From Candidatus Woesearchaeota archaeon (GTDB lineage Archaea > Nanobdellota > Nanobdellia > Woesearchaeales > JABGUJ01): a DNA stretch of 38,842 nucleotides. A program made the position numbers and the translations under genes. The notes beneath the pieces were generated by a model. The model was not told where the DNA came from. It worked only from the letters and a program-made list of their open reading frames with translations, and searched no databases. Positions 27,099 to 37,524 of this stretch are shown here, piece by piece (position 1 is the stretch's first letter; the number at the start of each line of letters is the position of its first letter). The DNA lies in the NCBI GenBank assembly GCA_018646625.1, contig JABGUJ010000002.1, positions 62,001 to 100,842 of the forward strand, given 5' to 3'.

Positions 27099-28388
27099 AT
27101 GTATGATAAACTTAAAGAGGCAGATCCTGAAACATATGGTATTATTTCTAAGGAATTAGAAAGACAACAAAATGGTTTAGAGATGATTCCCTCTGAAAGT
27201 TTCGCATCTTTACCAGTTCTAGAAGCACTAGGTTCAATAATGAACAATAAATATTCTGAAGGTTATCCAAAAAAAAGATATTATGGTGGTAATGAGTTTA
27301 TCGACGAAGCTGAGATTCTTGCGATTGAAAGAGCAAAGAAACTATTTGGTGCAGAACATGCTAATGTTCAACCATATTCAGGTAGTCCTGCCAATCTTGA
27401 GGCGTACTTTGCTTTATTGAAACCAGGCGATACTGTCATGGGGATGAATTTAACTCATGGTGGACATTTAACTCACGGCCATAAAGTCAACTTTACAGGT
27501 AAAACTTACAATTTCGTACAATATGGCGTTGATGAAAAAACCGAGATGTTAGATATGGATGCAGTTCGTAAAATGGCAAAAGAATGTAATCCTAAGATGA
27601 TCGTCTCAGGTTTCACTGCCTATCCTCGTTCAATCGACTTCAAACAATTTCATGAGATTGCTGAAGAAGTTGGCGCATATTCTATGGCAGATATAAGTCA
27701 CATTGCCGGTTTAATTGCTGGTGGCGCACACCCATCACCATTTCCTTTTTTTGATCTTGTCACTACAACAACTCATAAAACATTATGTGGCCCTAGAGGT
27801 GCAATCATTATGAGTAAGATTGAAGATAGACTGAAAGAAAAATATCATCCTAACAGTAAACTTACTTTAGCAAGAAGAATAGACAGAGCGGTTTTCCCAG
27901 GAATGCAAGGCGGTCCACACAATCATCAGATTGCTGCCAAAGCCGTTGCATTTGGTTTAGCTCTTAAACCAGAATTCAAAGACTGGGCTGCCCAAGTTGT
28001 TAAGAACTCAAAGTCACTTGCAGATTCATTGATGAATCAAGGTATTAGATTGGTAAGTGGCGGAACTGATAATCATTTAATTCTAGCAGATTTAACTTCC
28101 ATTAATGTAACAGGACAAGAAGCAGAAACTGCATTAGATGAAGTTGGAATAACAGTTAACAAAAACACAATTCCTTTTGAAAAACGTTCTCCTTTTGATC
28201 CAAGCGGAATAAGAATGGGAACTCCTGCATTAACCAATAGAGGTTTTACTGCGTCAGATATGACTCAAGTAGGGGAATTAATGGCTAAGACTGTGAAGAA
28301 TGTGGGTAATAAGGATGTTCTTGAAGATGTTAAAAAGCAGGTTTTAGAGCTCGCAGGACGACATCCTCTTTATAGTGGACTTAATTAG
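27099..28388 (+). CDS. glyA: Serine hydroxymethyltransferase
   Basis: [38 protein letters not shown] (PLP Lys), FPG.QGGP, GTDNHL. Confidence 0.97.
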   Translation: MYDKLKEADPETYGIISKELERQQNGLEMIPSESFASLPVLEALGSIMNNKYSEGYPKKRYYGGNEFIDEAEILAIERAKKLFGAEHANVQPYSGSPANLEAYFALLKPGDTVMGMNLTHGGHLTHGHKVNFTGKTYNFVQYGVDEKTEMLDMDAVRKMAKECNPKMIVSGFTAYPRSIDFKQFHEIAEEVGAYSMADISHIAGLIAGGAHPSPFPFFDLVTTTTHKTLCGPRGAIIMSKIEDRLKEKYHPNSKLTLARRIDRAVFPGMQGGPHNHQIAAKAVAFGLALKPEFKDWAAQVVKNSKSLADSLMNQGIRLVSGGTDNHLILADLTSINVTGQEAETALDEVGITVNKNTIPFEKRSPFDPSGIRMGTPALTNRGFTASDMTQVGELMAKTVKNVGNKDVLEDVKKQVLELAGRHPLYSGLN

Positions 28389-28450
28389 TCACCACTCCCC
28401 AGAGACTCAGTTTCGAAAGATTTATATTTGGATTATGAAATAAGCATCAT

Positions 28451-29284
28451 ATGATTTCTGAAACAGTTCTAACAACCTTTGGAGAAGGAAGCTTAGATTC
28501 TAGACTAGTAGATGAGAATGGACGATTGTTATTTTCGAAGTGCTCCAGACCTAGATTGGCTCTTCGATCTGCATTTATCAATCTTAATTATGCATGGCCA
28601 TTACAACTTGGAATTCCATTAGAATCTGCCATCGATTATTCTGCAAATCACACAGATCGCATTAAAAAAGAAGTAAAAACACTAAGATTATGGGAACAAG
28701 AAGACATTTTGGCATCTAGGGTACATAGAGCAGGAGGTAACTTTGTTACTGTCCACTACATCCCAGATACGGTTTCATGTAAAAGAGCCTTAGATGTTAA
28801 TTTGAATCCAGATATATTCGAAAGACTGATGGATAGATATACCCAGATAAGAGATGTTGCAAAAAGAAAAAGAAACTCCGATTATCTACATTCAGATCCA
28901 ACACTAGTAAACTTTCTATATGATTATGAAAGAGATCTAGTCGTAGCAATTGATCCAGGAACTGTATTAAATCCATCGATGGATTTTGACACATTAGATG
29001 CACACATTCTTGCCAGAACTCTAAGAGATGTTGCCAATATAGAACAACCTGAAGAAGATATTGCAAGATATGTCAGAATGTTTAAAGAACAAATGAGTGA
29101 AGAAGATGTTGCAAGAGTTACATCAATACCTCATGTGATTCCAGAAGTAATCCAAACTTATTTTGAAATAAGAGATCTGGCCGTAGCAGCAATCAAGGGT
29201 AGAAAATTTGTTGACACATTAGCGCCTCTCAAAACTTATTGTGCCAGATACCACGCATTCATAGAAGATATTTTACTAGAATAA
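28451..29284 (+). CDS. Protein-kinase-like (Kdo/RIO/APH-type) protein
   Basis: YLHSDPTLVNFL (HxDxxxxN loop), VAIDPG (DFG-like) and KKEVKTL (alphaC Glu). Own TATA at 28415. Confidence 0.55.
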   Translation: MISETVLTTFGEGSLDSRLVDENGRLLFSKCSRPRLALRSAFINLNYAWPLQLGIPLESAIDYSANHTDRIKKEVKTLRLWEQEDILASRVHRAGGNFVTVHYIPDTVSCKRALDVNLNPDIFERLMDRYTQIRDVAKRKRNSDYLHSDPTLVNFLYDYERDLVVAIDPGTVLNPSMDFDTLDAHILARTLRDVANIEQPEEDIARYVRMFKEQMSEEDVARVTSIPHVIPEVIQTYFEIRDLAVAAIKGRKFVDTLAPLKTYCARYHAFIEDILLE

Positions 29285-30451
29285 TCACATAGCAACACGC
29301 ATAACGTTTTCTTCTTTTTGATATATTTCTTTAATATTACCAACAAGATACAGAGAACCAGTAACTAAAATCAAATCTCCCTTAGTTGCAATTTGTTTTG
29401 CACGTTCAAAGGCTTTAGTTGGGTCTTGAATTTTTTCACAATCTAAATTTACTTCAGATATATCTAATGATCTGGAAACTTTTGCTTGAGTAAATACCAC
29501 TTTATGCTTAGGCATTAATTCTAACATTGCTTTGTAATCTTTGTGCTCCGTTACACCAAATACTAATATTAAATTATTATAATCTAGTGTAGAGATGTAC
29601 TGCGACAATGCTTTAATTGCAGCTTCGTTATGCGCACCATCAAGAATTACGTTGTCCTCGATATACTCAACTCTGCCTGGCCAAGATGCATTAATTAATC
29701 CTGCTTTTATATTTTCTTCGGAAACTCCCAGCAGTTCTGCGACTTTAACTACAATGCCTGCATTATCTCTTTGAAAATCACCTTTTAATGCTAAAGGTAG
29801 ATTGCAAGTCTCAGAAATCTCTAGTTTCGCGTGTTTTTCTTCCGCATAAGATTTAATTATAGGCAAAACTTGCCAATTACTTTTAGTTGTAACAACAATA
29901 GAATTATCTTTTATGATGCCACACTTATCTCGTGCAATAGTTTCCACATCATTTCCTAATATGTGTGTATGATCCAGTGCGATATTAGTTATGGCTGATA
30001 TTTTTGATTCAACAATATTGGTGGCGTCATGTGTCCCGCCCAATCCAACCTCTAACACAACATAATCAACTTTCATTCGTTTAAAATAAAGGAATGCAAC
30101 TAATGTTATAAATTCAAAGAATGTTAATTCTAGATCTTTCTCAAATATATCATTACAAATTTCAACTAAAGTTATCTTGTCAATCTTGTCACTATCAACT
30201 TGAATTCGTTCTCTGAAATCAACTAAGTGAGGAGATGTAAACATACCTACCTTATAACCCGCAGTTAGTAAAATAGAATTCAACATAGAAGCAGCAGAAC
30301 CCTTACCATTAGTACCAGTTATATGAATAAAACGAAGATCATTATGTGGATTATCAAAAGCTTCAAGAGCTTTCTTCATAGGTTCTAGTCCTAATTTTAT
30401 TCCAAAACGTCTTAATTCATAGATATAATTGAGCATCTCGTTATAGTTCAT
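29285..30451 (-). CDS. folC: Folylpolyglutamate synthase/dihydrofolate synthase
   Basis: HITGTNGKGS, FTSPHL..FRERI, LEVGLGG..DATN, LDHT..LG, WPGR, LDGAHN, TGSLYLVG. Confidence 0.95.
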   Translation of the reverse strand: MNYNEMLNYIYELRRFGIKLGLEPMKKALEAFDNPHNDLRFIHITGTNGKGSAASMLNSILLTAGYKVGMFTSPHLVDFRERIQVDSDKIDKITLVEICNDIFEKDLELTFFEFITLVAFLYFKRMKVDYVVLEVGLGGTHDATNIVESKISAITNIALDHTHILGNDVETIARDKCGIIKDNSIVVTTKSNWQVLPIIKSYAEEKHAKLEISETCNLPLALKGDFQRDNAGIVVKVAELLGVSEENIKAGLINASWPGRVEYIEDNVILDGAHNEAAIKALSQYISTLDYNNLILVFGVTEHKDYKAMLELMPKHKVVFTQAKVSRSLDISEVNLDCEKIQDPTKAFERAKQIATKGDLILVTGSLYLVGNIKEIYQKEENVMRVAM

Positions 30452-30518
30452 GAATTTGGATTTCTCGAACTAATATTTAAAGATAGTTGAAGAAAGATAT
30501 ATAAAGGAATTAAGTTGA

Positions 30519-31211
30519 ATGTCTAGCATGATTAAAAGGGGTAAATTAATAGTAATTTGTGGTACTGATGGTTCTGGAAAAGGAACTCAAACTAATATTC
30601 TTGTTGAACGTATGCGTAAAGAAGGCGTTCCAGTTGAGACAATAGACTTCCCTCAATACGGAGAGAAGAGTGCAGCTTTAGTTGAAGAGTATCTTAATGG
30701 TAAGTACGGAGATGCTAAAGAGGTAGGTCCACGTAGAGCTTCAATATTTTATGCTTGCGACAGATATGCTGCAAGTTTCAAGATGAAAAAATGGCTTGAA
30801 GAGGGCAAAACTATCGTGTGTAATAGATATGTTTCAGCAAACCAAGGTCATCAAGCCGGAAAAATAAAAGATCTTGCAGAGAGAGATCAGTATTTAGAGT
30901 GGTTAGATGAATTGGAATTCGGAATATTTAGAATACCTCGACCAGATGTTAATATTCTATTGTACATGCCTAGCGCAGTTGGGCAGAAATTAGTTGATAA
31001 AAAAGGACATAGAGATTATGTTGGTGGGGAGAAAAGAGATATTCACGAAGCTGATTTGCAACATCTAAAGGACGCAGAAGAAGCATACGCTTATGTTGCT
31101 AAAAAATATGATTGGGCGAGAATTGATTGCAATGAAGGAGACGATCCTTTACCAATAGATACAATCCACGAACTTGTTTGGAATAAAGTTAAAACAATAA
31201 TAGAAGAATAA
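30519..31211 (+). CDS. tmk: Thymidylate kinase
   Basis: GTDGSGKGTQ, FPQY, YA.DR, NRYVS.N..HQ, DIHE.D. The start may be ATG 30528. Confidence 0.9.
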   Translation: MSSMIKRGKLIVICGTDGSGKGTQTNILVERMRKEGVPVETIDFPQYGEKSAALVEEYLNGKYGDAKEVGPRRASIFYACDRYAASFKMKKWLEEGKTIVCNRYVSANQGHQAGKIKDLAERDQYLEWLDELEFGIFRIPRPDVNILLYMPSAVGQKLVDKKGHRDYVGGEKRDIHEADLQHLKDAEEAYAYVAKKYDWARIDCNEGDDPLPIDTIHELVWNKVKTIIEE

Positions 31212-32585
31212 TCATTTCTTTTTCTTGGCTTTTGTTGATTTCTTTTTAACCTTCTTTTTAGCAATCACTTTCTTTTTCTTTACGGATGTAACTGCAATCG
31301 TATTCTTAACTTCAAGTTTTACTTTCTTCTGTTTTTCATGACTTAAAGATTCCACAACTGATGCCGCAAGGTTAGGTTCCTCAGTAGGTTTAGAACTCAC
31401 AGTAGGTTCTGACGGAGGGGGTGCAGCAAAGAACTTAGCAAATCTTGCGAATATTGAAGATAGCACCACACTATAAAGCATGAATGCCAATGCTAAATGT
31501 GAAATCTCAGTCATTCCTGGAATGTCGACATAAGATGCAAATACTACAACAATTACTGCTACTGCGACACCTTTTGTGTTGTTTAGAGCAGCAAATATCT
31601 TTTGTTTAATGGTATAAGTATTGCCCAGTCCAAATTGTAATGCAATGAATCTTATCACTAGAGCAATTCCAAATATCATGATAGATGTTTTAAAGAATTG
31701 CACAGTTAGCGGAATACTTATCAAATGTCCAATCAGTATAAACACTAATATCTCAAGAAAATCTGAGAATATCGTCGAGAATTCTTGTATTAAACTTTTA
31801 TCCCGCAGAACCATATTTCCAAAGAATAATCCGAGAGTTGTTACGGCAAGCACACCATCACCACCCAAGTTTTCTGCAAGAACAAACGTGATTATTGCAG
31901 AAACAATCACAGCAATAGGAGAATACTCACTGGAATATAATCGTTTCAATATCTTGAAAATAACCAAACCTACCAACATTCCCGCACCAATTCCTGCTAC
32001 GATCTTTGAGAGAAACGGGGCGATTTGTTGTGAGACCGAAATAAACGATAACTGCTCAACTTCTAATATAAAATTAAGAATAATAAATGGGAAAATAACC
32101 ACTAGTGGGGTATTGATTAAAGATTCAATTTTAAGAAAGTCTAGAACTTTAGATCTAATATCTTTTAATACGCTTAAAGTTACATCAGGTGCGGTACCTG
32201 ACATTAGTGCGGCAAATAACAATGCCATTGATATCGATCTCACGTAAAGAAAATACACAGTTAATGATAGAAATGCAAAATTTAGTAGAAGAAACCATAC
32301 TGAGACTGAAATAACCGATGAAGACATAGAATCGAATTTCCTTAACTTGAATTGAGATGCAGAATCAAATACAATAACAATCAAAGCAAACATAGCAAAT
32401 ACTTCTATGAACAAAGGAGGGAATGCAATCACGGGCTCTCCATTTATTGTGATATACTGAGACAATACACCAACTAAAATAAGAAGAAGCACGTTAGGAA
32501 TCTTAATTTTACGACTAATGAATGTTACAATGAGTCCCACAAGAAGTACTACGCCAAAATATGTGAGAAATATTAACGATTCCAT
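31212..32585 (-). CDS. Cation:proton antiporter (CPA1/NhaP-like) with Lys-rich tail
   Basis: About 12 TM helices; T.PD, L.IESLIN, G.GVLAV...GL motifs. Confidence 0.88.
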   Translation of the reverse strand: MESLIFLTYFGVVLLVGLIVTFISRKIKIPNVLLLILVGVLSQYITINGEPVIAFPPLFIEVFAMFALIVIVFDSASQFKLRKFDSMSSSVISVSVWFLLLNFAFLSLTVYFLYVRSISMALLFAALMSGTAPDVTLSVLKDIRSKVLDFLKIESLINTPLVVIFPFIILNFILEVEQLSFISVSQQIAPFLSKIVAGIGAGMLVGLVIFKILKRLYSSEYSPIAVIVSAIITFVLAENLGGDGVLAVTTLGLFFGNMVLRDKSLIQEFSTIFSDFLEILVFILIGHLISIPLTVQFFKTSIMIFGIALVIRFIALQFGLGNTYTIKQKIFAALNNTKGVAVAVIVVVFASYVDIPGMTEISHLALAFMLYSVVLSSIFARFAKFFAAPPPSEPTVSSKPTEEPNLAASVVESLSHEKQKKVKLEVKNTIAVTSVKKKKVIAKKKVKKKSTKAKKKK

Positions 32586-32708
32586 CCATACACCTCTTTT
32601 ATGATATATTTGGATATTTGAGCTTTATTAAGCTTTTCCTCGGAATAACTGCTAATTGTGCCTAAACAAGCGCAAACTATAAAAAAGCAATTAAGAACGT
32701 CAGAGGGT

Positions 32709-33950
32709 ATGGATATCCTGAAATCGGTATTGGGGAGAATAAAGCCAGATAGGGTAGAAATTCTAAAGAAAGTGAGCTATGTAGTTGACTCCATAAATGA
32801 TGAACTCAAACAATGGGATATTAATGCAGAATGTGTTCTGGGTGGATCTATTGCTAAAGATACCTTTCTAAAAGGCGATCACGATTGTGATTTATTTGTT
32901 AAATTCAATCTTGATTTCAAAGAGGAACCGATATCTGATGTATTAGAGAATGTCCTGAGACGTATATTCAAAAAAGTAGAAAGAATTCACGGTTCAAGAG
33001 ATTATTTTCAATTTAAATATAAGTTAATACAATATGAGATTGTTCCAGTCTTGGCATTAGATAAAATATCTCAACTCGTCAATACAACAGATGCTAGTCC
33101 AATGCATGTTGCATGGATTAAACAGTTCAAGAAAGGAGATCAAATAAGATTGGCTAAAGCGTTCTGTAAAGGAATAGGAGTTTACGGTGCAGAAAGTTAT
33201 GTTAAAGGATTTTCAGGTCATGTATTAGATATTCTTACAGTACATTATGGTTCATTCCTAAAATTATTGAAAGCAGCAAGCGAATGGGAAGATAAAGTAG
33301 TTGTTGATCATTACAATATATACAAAGGCAAAGCCTTGAATAAACTTAACGTATCTAAGATAGATTCTCCTTTAATCATCATAGATCCAATACAAAAAGA
33401 ACGAAATGCCGCTGCAGCACTTGGTAATGAAAAGTTTAGATTGTTTAAAACAAATGCTAAACAGTTCTTAGCCAAACCTAATATAAAATATTTCAAAAAA
33501 CCTACTTTTAGTATTAACAAGATTAAGAAACAAGTAGGATCCGATAACAAGCTTACGATTATTGAAGCAACACCGCTCAAGGGCAAAAAAGATGTTGTTG
33601 GAGCAAAATTATTAAAAGTTTATGAGCATTTATCTAAATATATGAAAATTAATGAGTTTGATGTAATTGACAGTGGATGGAATTGGGATGCTAAGAACGA
33701 CGTTGCAACATATTATGTTATAAATCCCTCAAAGATACTATCAAAAACTAGTATAAGAACTGGTCCTCCTACTAACTCGGGAAGTCATGCAGAGAAATTT
33801 AAAAAGATGCATACACGTATCGAAATAAATGATGGTAGACTTTATGCTACGGTGGATAGAGAGTTTAGAAAACCTGAGAAATTAGTTGCACACATGATTA
33901 AACAGAACTATATTAAAGAAAAAGTAAAAAGAATTAAGATAGTTAAATAG
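32709..33950 (+). CDS. cca: CCA-adding enzyme, archaeal class I
   Basis: GGSIAKDTFL.GDHD.DLFV, EIVP, D.SP.H, GVYGAES...GFSG, IDP....RN.AAAL, GPP. Start ATG 32709, after GAGGG. Confidence 0.95.
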   Translation: MDILKSVLGRIKPDRVEILKKVSYVVDSINDELKQWDINAECVLGGSIAKDTFLKGDHDCDLFVKFNLDFKEEPISDVLENVLRRIFKKVERIHGSRDYFQFKYKLIQYEIVPVLALDKISQLVNTTDASPMHVAWIKQFKKGDQIRLAKAFCKGIGVYGAESYVKGFSGHVLDILTVHYGSFLKLLKAASEWEDKVVVDHYNIYKGKALNKLNVSKIDSPLIIIDPIQKERNAAAALGNEKFRLFKTNAKQFLAKPNIKYFKKPTFSINKIKKQVGSDNKLTIIEATPLKGKKDVVGAKLLKVYEHLSKYMKINEFDVIDSGWNWDAKNDVATYYVINPSKILSKTSIRTGPPTNSGSHAEKFKKMHTRIEINDGRLYATVDREFRKPEKLVAHMIKQNYIKEKVKRIKIVK

Positions 33951-34023
33951 TGTTATCAGATAACACCTAGATTTATAAAATACAATAGACAACAAGTCAC
34001 TATCAGTATATAAGGTGAGAAAT

Positions 34024-35139
34024 ATGGTTAAAGAAGTAATAGAGAGAAACAAAGAATTATTTGACAAGTATAGGTATCCCGCAAAGATTGTGGAATTACA
34101 AGAAAAATTAAAGAGGGGAGGATTTAACTCTCAAAGTAATGTAATTAAAGGTGAAATAAAAGCACCATCTACAGATGATATTCCCTCTCTACCCGAAAAA
34201 GGATCTGATGAATATAATGAACTTAACAATATAGGAATCTCATCTATTAAAAATAATGAAGTAGGAATAGTAATACTTAATGGAGGAATGGCTACCCGAT
34301 TCGGTGGTGGTGTTAAAGGATTGGTTGAAGTATTCGATGGAAAATCATTTCTTCAACTTAAGATTGAGAATGCTAAGGCTATTGCTAAAAAGAACAATGC
34401 CAAAGTTCCAGTATTTATTATGAATAGCTTTCAATCAGAGAAGCTAACTGAAGACTTTCTGATAAAACACAATAACTTCGGATATGAGCACATAAATTCA
34501 TTTAACCAACTAATATCTGTAAGACTTGATGAGAAAGGTGAAGTTTTCTTGGATGAAAATGGTTATCCTTCGTTTTATGCACCAGGGCATGGCGATTTTA
34601 GATATGCATTTGTCAACTCAGGAATGCTAGATAAATTTATGCAAGAAGGTGGAAAGTATTTGTTATTTAGTAATGGAGATAATTTAGCGGCAACTCTTGA
34701 CCCTGCAATAATCGGATTACACATTAAAAATGGGAATGAAATGACAATTGAAGTTGCAGAGAAAGATCCAGGGGATAAAGGAGGAGCACCCGCATTCGTA
34801 GACGGTAAACTACAGATTGTGGAGAACTTTAAGTTTCCTGTAGACTTTGATCAGAGTACAATACCTGTAATGAATACTAACTCTTTCGTATTTAGTGCTG
34901 AATCTCTTAAAAAAGAAATTGAATTAGATTGGTATGTGGCTATGAAAGATGTCAAAGGCAGAAAAGTTGTACAGTTTGAAAGACTTGCGAACGAAATGTC
35001 TATACACCTTATGACTGGCTTCGTAGTAGTACCAAAAGAAGGACCGGCTGGTAGATTCATTCCAATAAAGCTAAAGGAATATCTGGATAAATATAAAGAT
35101 GTTTTAAAAGAAATGTTGGAGAAGCGAAATAATGAATGA
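34024..35139 (+). CDS. UTP--sugar-1-phosphate uridylyltransferase, UDPGP (eukaryote-like) family
   Basis: LNGGMATRFG...K, IMNS, PGHGD, SNGDNL, KGG, NTN, QFE, RF.P.K. Confidence 0.88.
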   Translation: MVKEVIERNKELFDKYRYPAKIVELQEKLKRGGFNSQSNVIKGEIKAPSTDDIPSLPEKGSDEYNELNNIGISSIKNNEVGIVILNGGMATRFGGGVKGLVEVFDGKSFLQLKIENAKAIAKKNNAKVPVFIMNSFQSEKLTEDFLIKHNNFGYEHINSFNQLISVRLDEKGEVFLDENGYPSFYAPGHGDFRYAFVNSGMLDKFMQEGGKYLLFSNGDNLAATLDPAIIGLHIKNGNEMTIEVAEKDPGDKGGAPAFVDGKLQIVENFKFPVDFDQSTIPVMNTNSFVFSAESLKKEIELDWYVAMKDVKGRKVVQFERLANEMSIHLMTGFVVVPKEGPAGRFIPIKLKEYLDKYKDVLKEMLEKRNNE

Positions 35140-35608
35140 ATTCATTGAACTAATACTAATTACGTTGTTACCTTTTCTAGAATTGAGAGCAAGTATACCC
35201 TATGGTTTTATTGCAACAGAACTGCCGTGGTATGTAGTTAGTATTGTTTGCATTCTTACCAATATGATTTTAGGACCTGTGATTTACTTAATTCTCGATA
35301 AATTAGTTATTATTTTTACTAAAATACAATTTATCGATAAGATTTACAAGAAAATAGTCGCAAGAACTCAAAAGAGAATAGAGAAAGCAGTCGATAAGTG
35401 GGGAGAAATTGGGGTTGCAATATTTATAGGAATTCCTCTTCCAGGTTCAGGGGTATATTCTGGAGCATTAGGATCATATCTCATAGGTTTAAACTTCAAA
35501 AAGTTTTTGATTGCAAACATTATTGGAGTACTTATTGCAGGAGTGCTTGTAACTGCAATCATGCTTTCAGGAACTACTGCATTAGATTTATTCATTAAAA
35601 CATTATAG
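35132..35608 (+). CDS. COG2426 / putative small multidrug export membrane protein
   Basis: LPFLELRASIP and FIGIPLPGSG.YSG motifs. Confidence 0.85.
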   Translation: MNEFIELILITLLPFLELRASIPYGFIATELPWYVVSIVCILTNMILGPVIYLILDKLVIIFTKIQFIDKIYKKIVARTQKRIEKAVDKWGEIGVAIFIGIPLPGSGVYSGALGSYLIGLNFKKFLIANIIGVLIAGVLVTAIMLSGTTALDLFIKTL

Positions 35609-35616
35609 GTGACTAA

Positions 35617-36213
35617 ATGAAGCAAAGAAAAATATTTATTTGGAGCATCATAGGAATGCTAATTGCATTTTTATTGGACAAACCATTTGTTTATCTTATG
35701 CAATATTTAGAGATAGAATTACTCAATCAACCAATAATGTGGATTACTAGCATTTACTTCGTCTTTGTCGTATTAATAGTAATGGGTGCTGCGTTCATGT
35801 GGAACGAAAAGAAATATGAATATATGCTTCCACTAATACTCAGCTTTTGTGTTGCCATAGGTGTGGCATATTTATTAAAATATATAATTATGAGGCCAAG
35901 ACCTTTTATTGAATTAGGTGTTAGAAGTTTAGTTATTCTAAAGTCATATTCATTTCCTAGTGCACACGCTGCAGCAGTATTCAGCGCAATGGCCATTCTA
36001 GATAAAGAGTTTCCTAAAATGAAATGGATTTGGTTGACGATTGCAGTCGTTGTAGCTCTTAGTCGATTATACATAGGAGTACATTATCTTAGTGATGTAA
36101 TCGCAGGAGGAATCTTAGGATATTTTGTAGGTTTAGTGATAATTGCAGCCGAGGAACGCTTCAAACCATTTATGATTGTAAAAAAATGGTTTATTAGATT
36201 ACAAAAGAGGTAA
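35617..36213 (+). CDS. PAP2 family phosphatase (lipid pyrophosphate phosphatase-like)
   Basis: K....RPRP, SFPSAH, SRLYIGVHYLSDV. Confidence 0.92.
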   Translation: MKQRKIFIWSIIGMLIAFLLDKPFVYLMQYLEIELLNQPIMWITSIYFVFVVLIVMGAAFMWNEKKYEYMLPLILSFCVAIGVAYLLKYIIMRPRPFIELGVRSLVILKSYSFPSAHAAAVFSAMAILDKEFPKMKWIWLTIAVVVALSRLYIGVHYLSDVIAGGILGYFVGLVIIAAEERFKPFMIVKKWFIRLQKR

Positions 36214-36215
36214 GT

Positions 36216-36803
36216 ATGAGAATATTTGAACTTAAACGTCAATTATTTCACATCACTCTAGGATTTGTTATTGTTCTTCTTTTAAACTTTGGATTATTAT
36301 CGAAATTCCACCTAGCGATCATAACAGTCATAGGAGGAATAATTTGTTTTATCTCTAAACACATTAAGATTCCGGGTTTATACTGGCTTCTCACACAATT
36401 TGAGCGACCCGAAGTGTTAAAAAGATTTCCAGGAAGAGGAGCATTTTACTTCTTATTAGGATCAACATTATCGCTCTATCTTTTTAGTAAAGATATTGCT
36501 CTTGCCTCAATCATGATACTATCACTAGGAGATTCCATATCCCATTATATTGGTAAGTTTCACGGCAAAAGAAAACATCCATTCAATGATATGAAACTTA
36601 TTGAAGGGAGTATCGCGGGTTTTGTTGTTGCAACTATCGGAGCATTGTTTTTTGTGAAGTTTTCTTTGGCAGTAATTGGTAGCCTATTTGCGATGAGCAT
36701 AGAAGCAATCGAAATAAGATTTAATGAACACTTATTGGATGATAACCTTCTAATCCCTCTAGCATCAGGAATTATCATGACAATATTAACTGCATATATA
36801 TAG
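36216..36803 (+). CDS. CTP-dependent dolichol/phytol kinase family (SEC59/DGK1/VTE5-like)
   Basis: RQLFH, L.LGDS...IG..HG, K.IEGS, DDNL.IP; multiple TM helices. Confidence 0.85.
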   Translation: MRIFELKRQLFHITLGFVIVLLLNFGLLSKFHLAIITVIGGIICFISKHIKIPGLYWLLTQFERPEVLKRFPGRGAFYFLLGSTLSLYLFSKDIALASIMILSLGDSISHYIGKFHGKRKHPFNDMKLIEGSIAGFVVATIGALFFVKFSLAVIGSLFAMSIEAIEIRFNEHLLDDNLLIPLASGIIMTILTAYI

Positions 36804-36817
36804 AAAAAGAGAGGTAA

Positions 36818-37516
36818 TTAAACCTCTTTAAACTTAAAATCTTTAGTGTGTTCTTCACCATCAATTGTGATTAGTCGTTTGACGGTTCCTGAACGTCTTG
36901 AGTTTAATCTTGCTTTAACTACATCGTTTTCATACTCTTTAGGAACATCAATATTCTCCATCACATAGGTTTGTTTAATAGATATTAACTTGAATTTATC
37001 AACGTCCATATCAAACAAGAACTCTTTTTTCAATAGATCAAGATCCGATAGCTCAAACTTTGCAGTCGTATACTTTTCTTTCAAACTTCCAGGCTTAGGC
37101 GCACTTTTCCCAGACTTTAACATATACTTCCCAGACTTTAAAGATAATAGCAAAAAGCAATCAGAAAATGACTCTAAAAGTTCCTCAAATCGTCCAGGTG
37201 AAATAGTGAACTTAACTTCAACCTTTTTACACTTTGAATCTGCTTTAATGGGTTCAATGTCAAACTCATCAAGTTTGTCCTTAATACTTTCTTTAGCCAC
37301 GATTTTTCCAACAACATCTATGTCATCTTTCATTAAAGTCGACATTATGTGTTGAAGTGTATCCAAATACTCAAAACCGCCTTGAATTTGAATAAAGCTT
37401 CCGCCTCTTTTCATAGTAAATTCTTCTCGCTGATAATCCCCTAATCCAAACCTTACAAGTTTCTTATGTGCATTTGGGTCTTGAGTTCCTTGTGCCATAT
37501 TTTTTACGAAGTTCAT
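36818..37516 (-). CDS. Hypothetical protein
   Basis: Intact ORF with RBS AGGTG. No family assigned. Confidence 0.7.
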   Translation of the reverse strand: MNFVKNMAQGTQDPNAHKKLVRFGLGDYQREEFTMKRGGSFIQIQGGFEYLDTLQHIMSTLMKDDIDVVGKIVAKESIKDKLDEFDIEPIKADSKCKKVEVKFTISPGRFEELLESFSDCFLLLSLKSGKYMLKSGKSAPKPGSLKEKYTTAKFELSDLDLLKKEFLFDMDVDKFKLISIKQTYVMENIDVPKEYENDVVKARLNSRRSGTVKRLITIDGEEHTKDFKFKEV

Positions 37517-37524
37517 AATATCAC

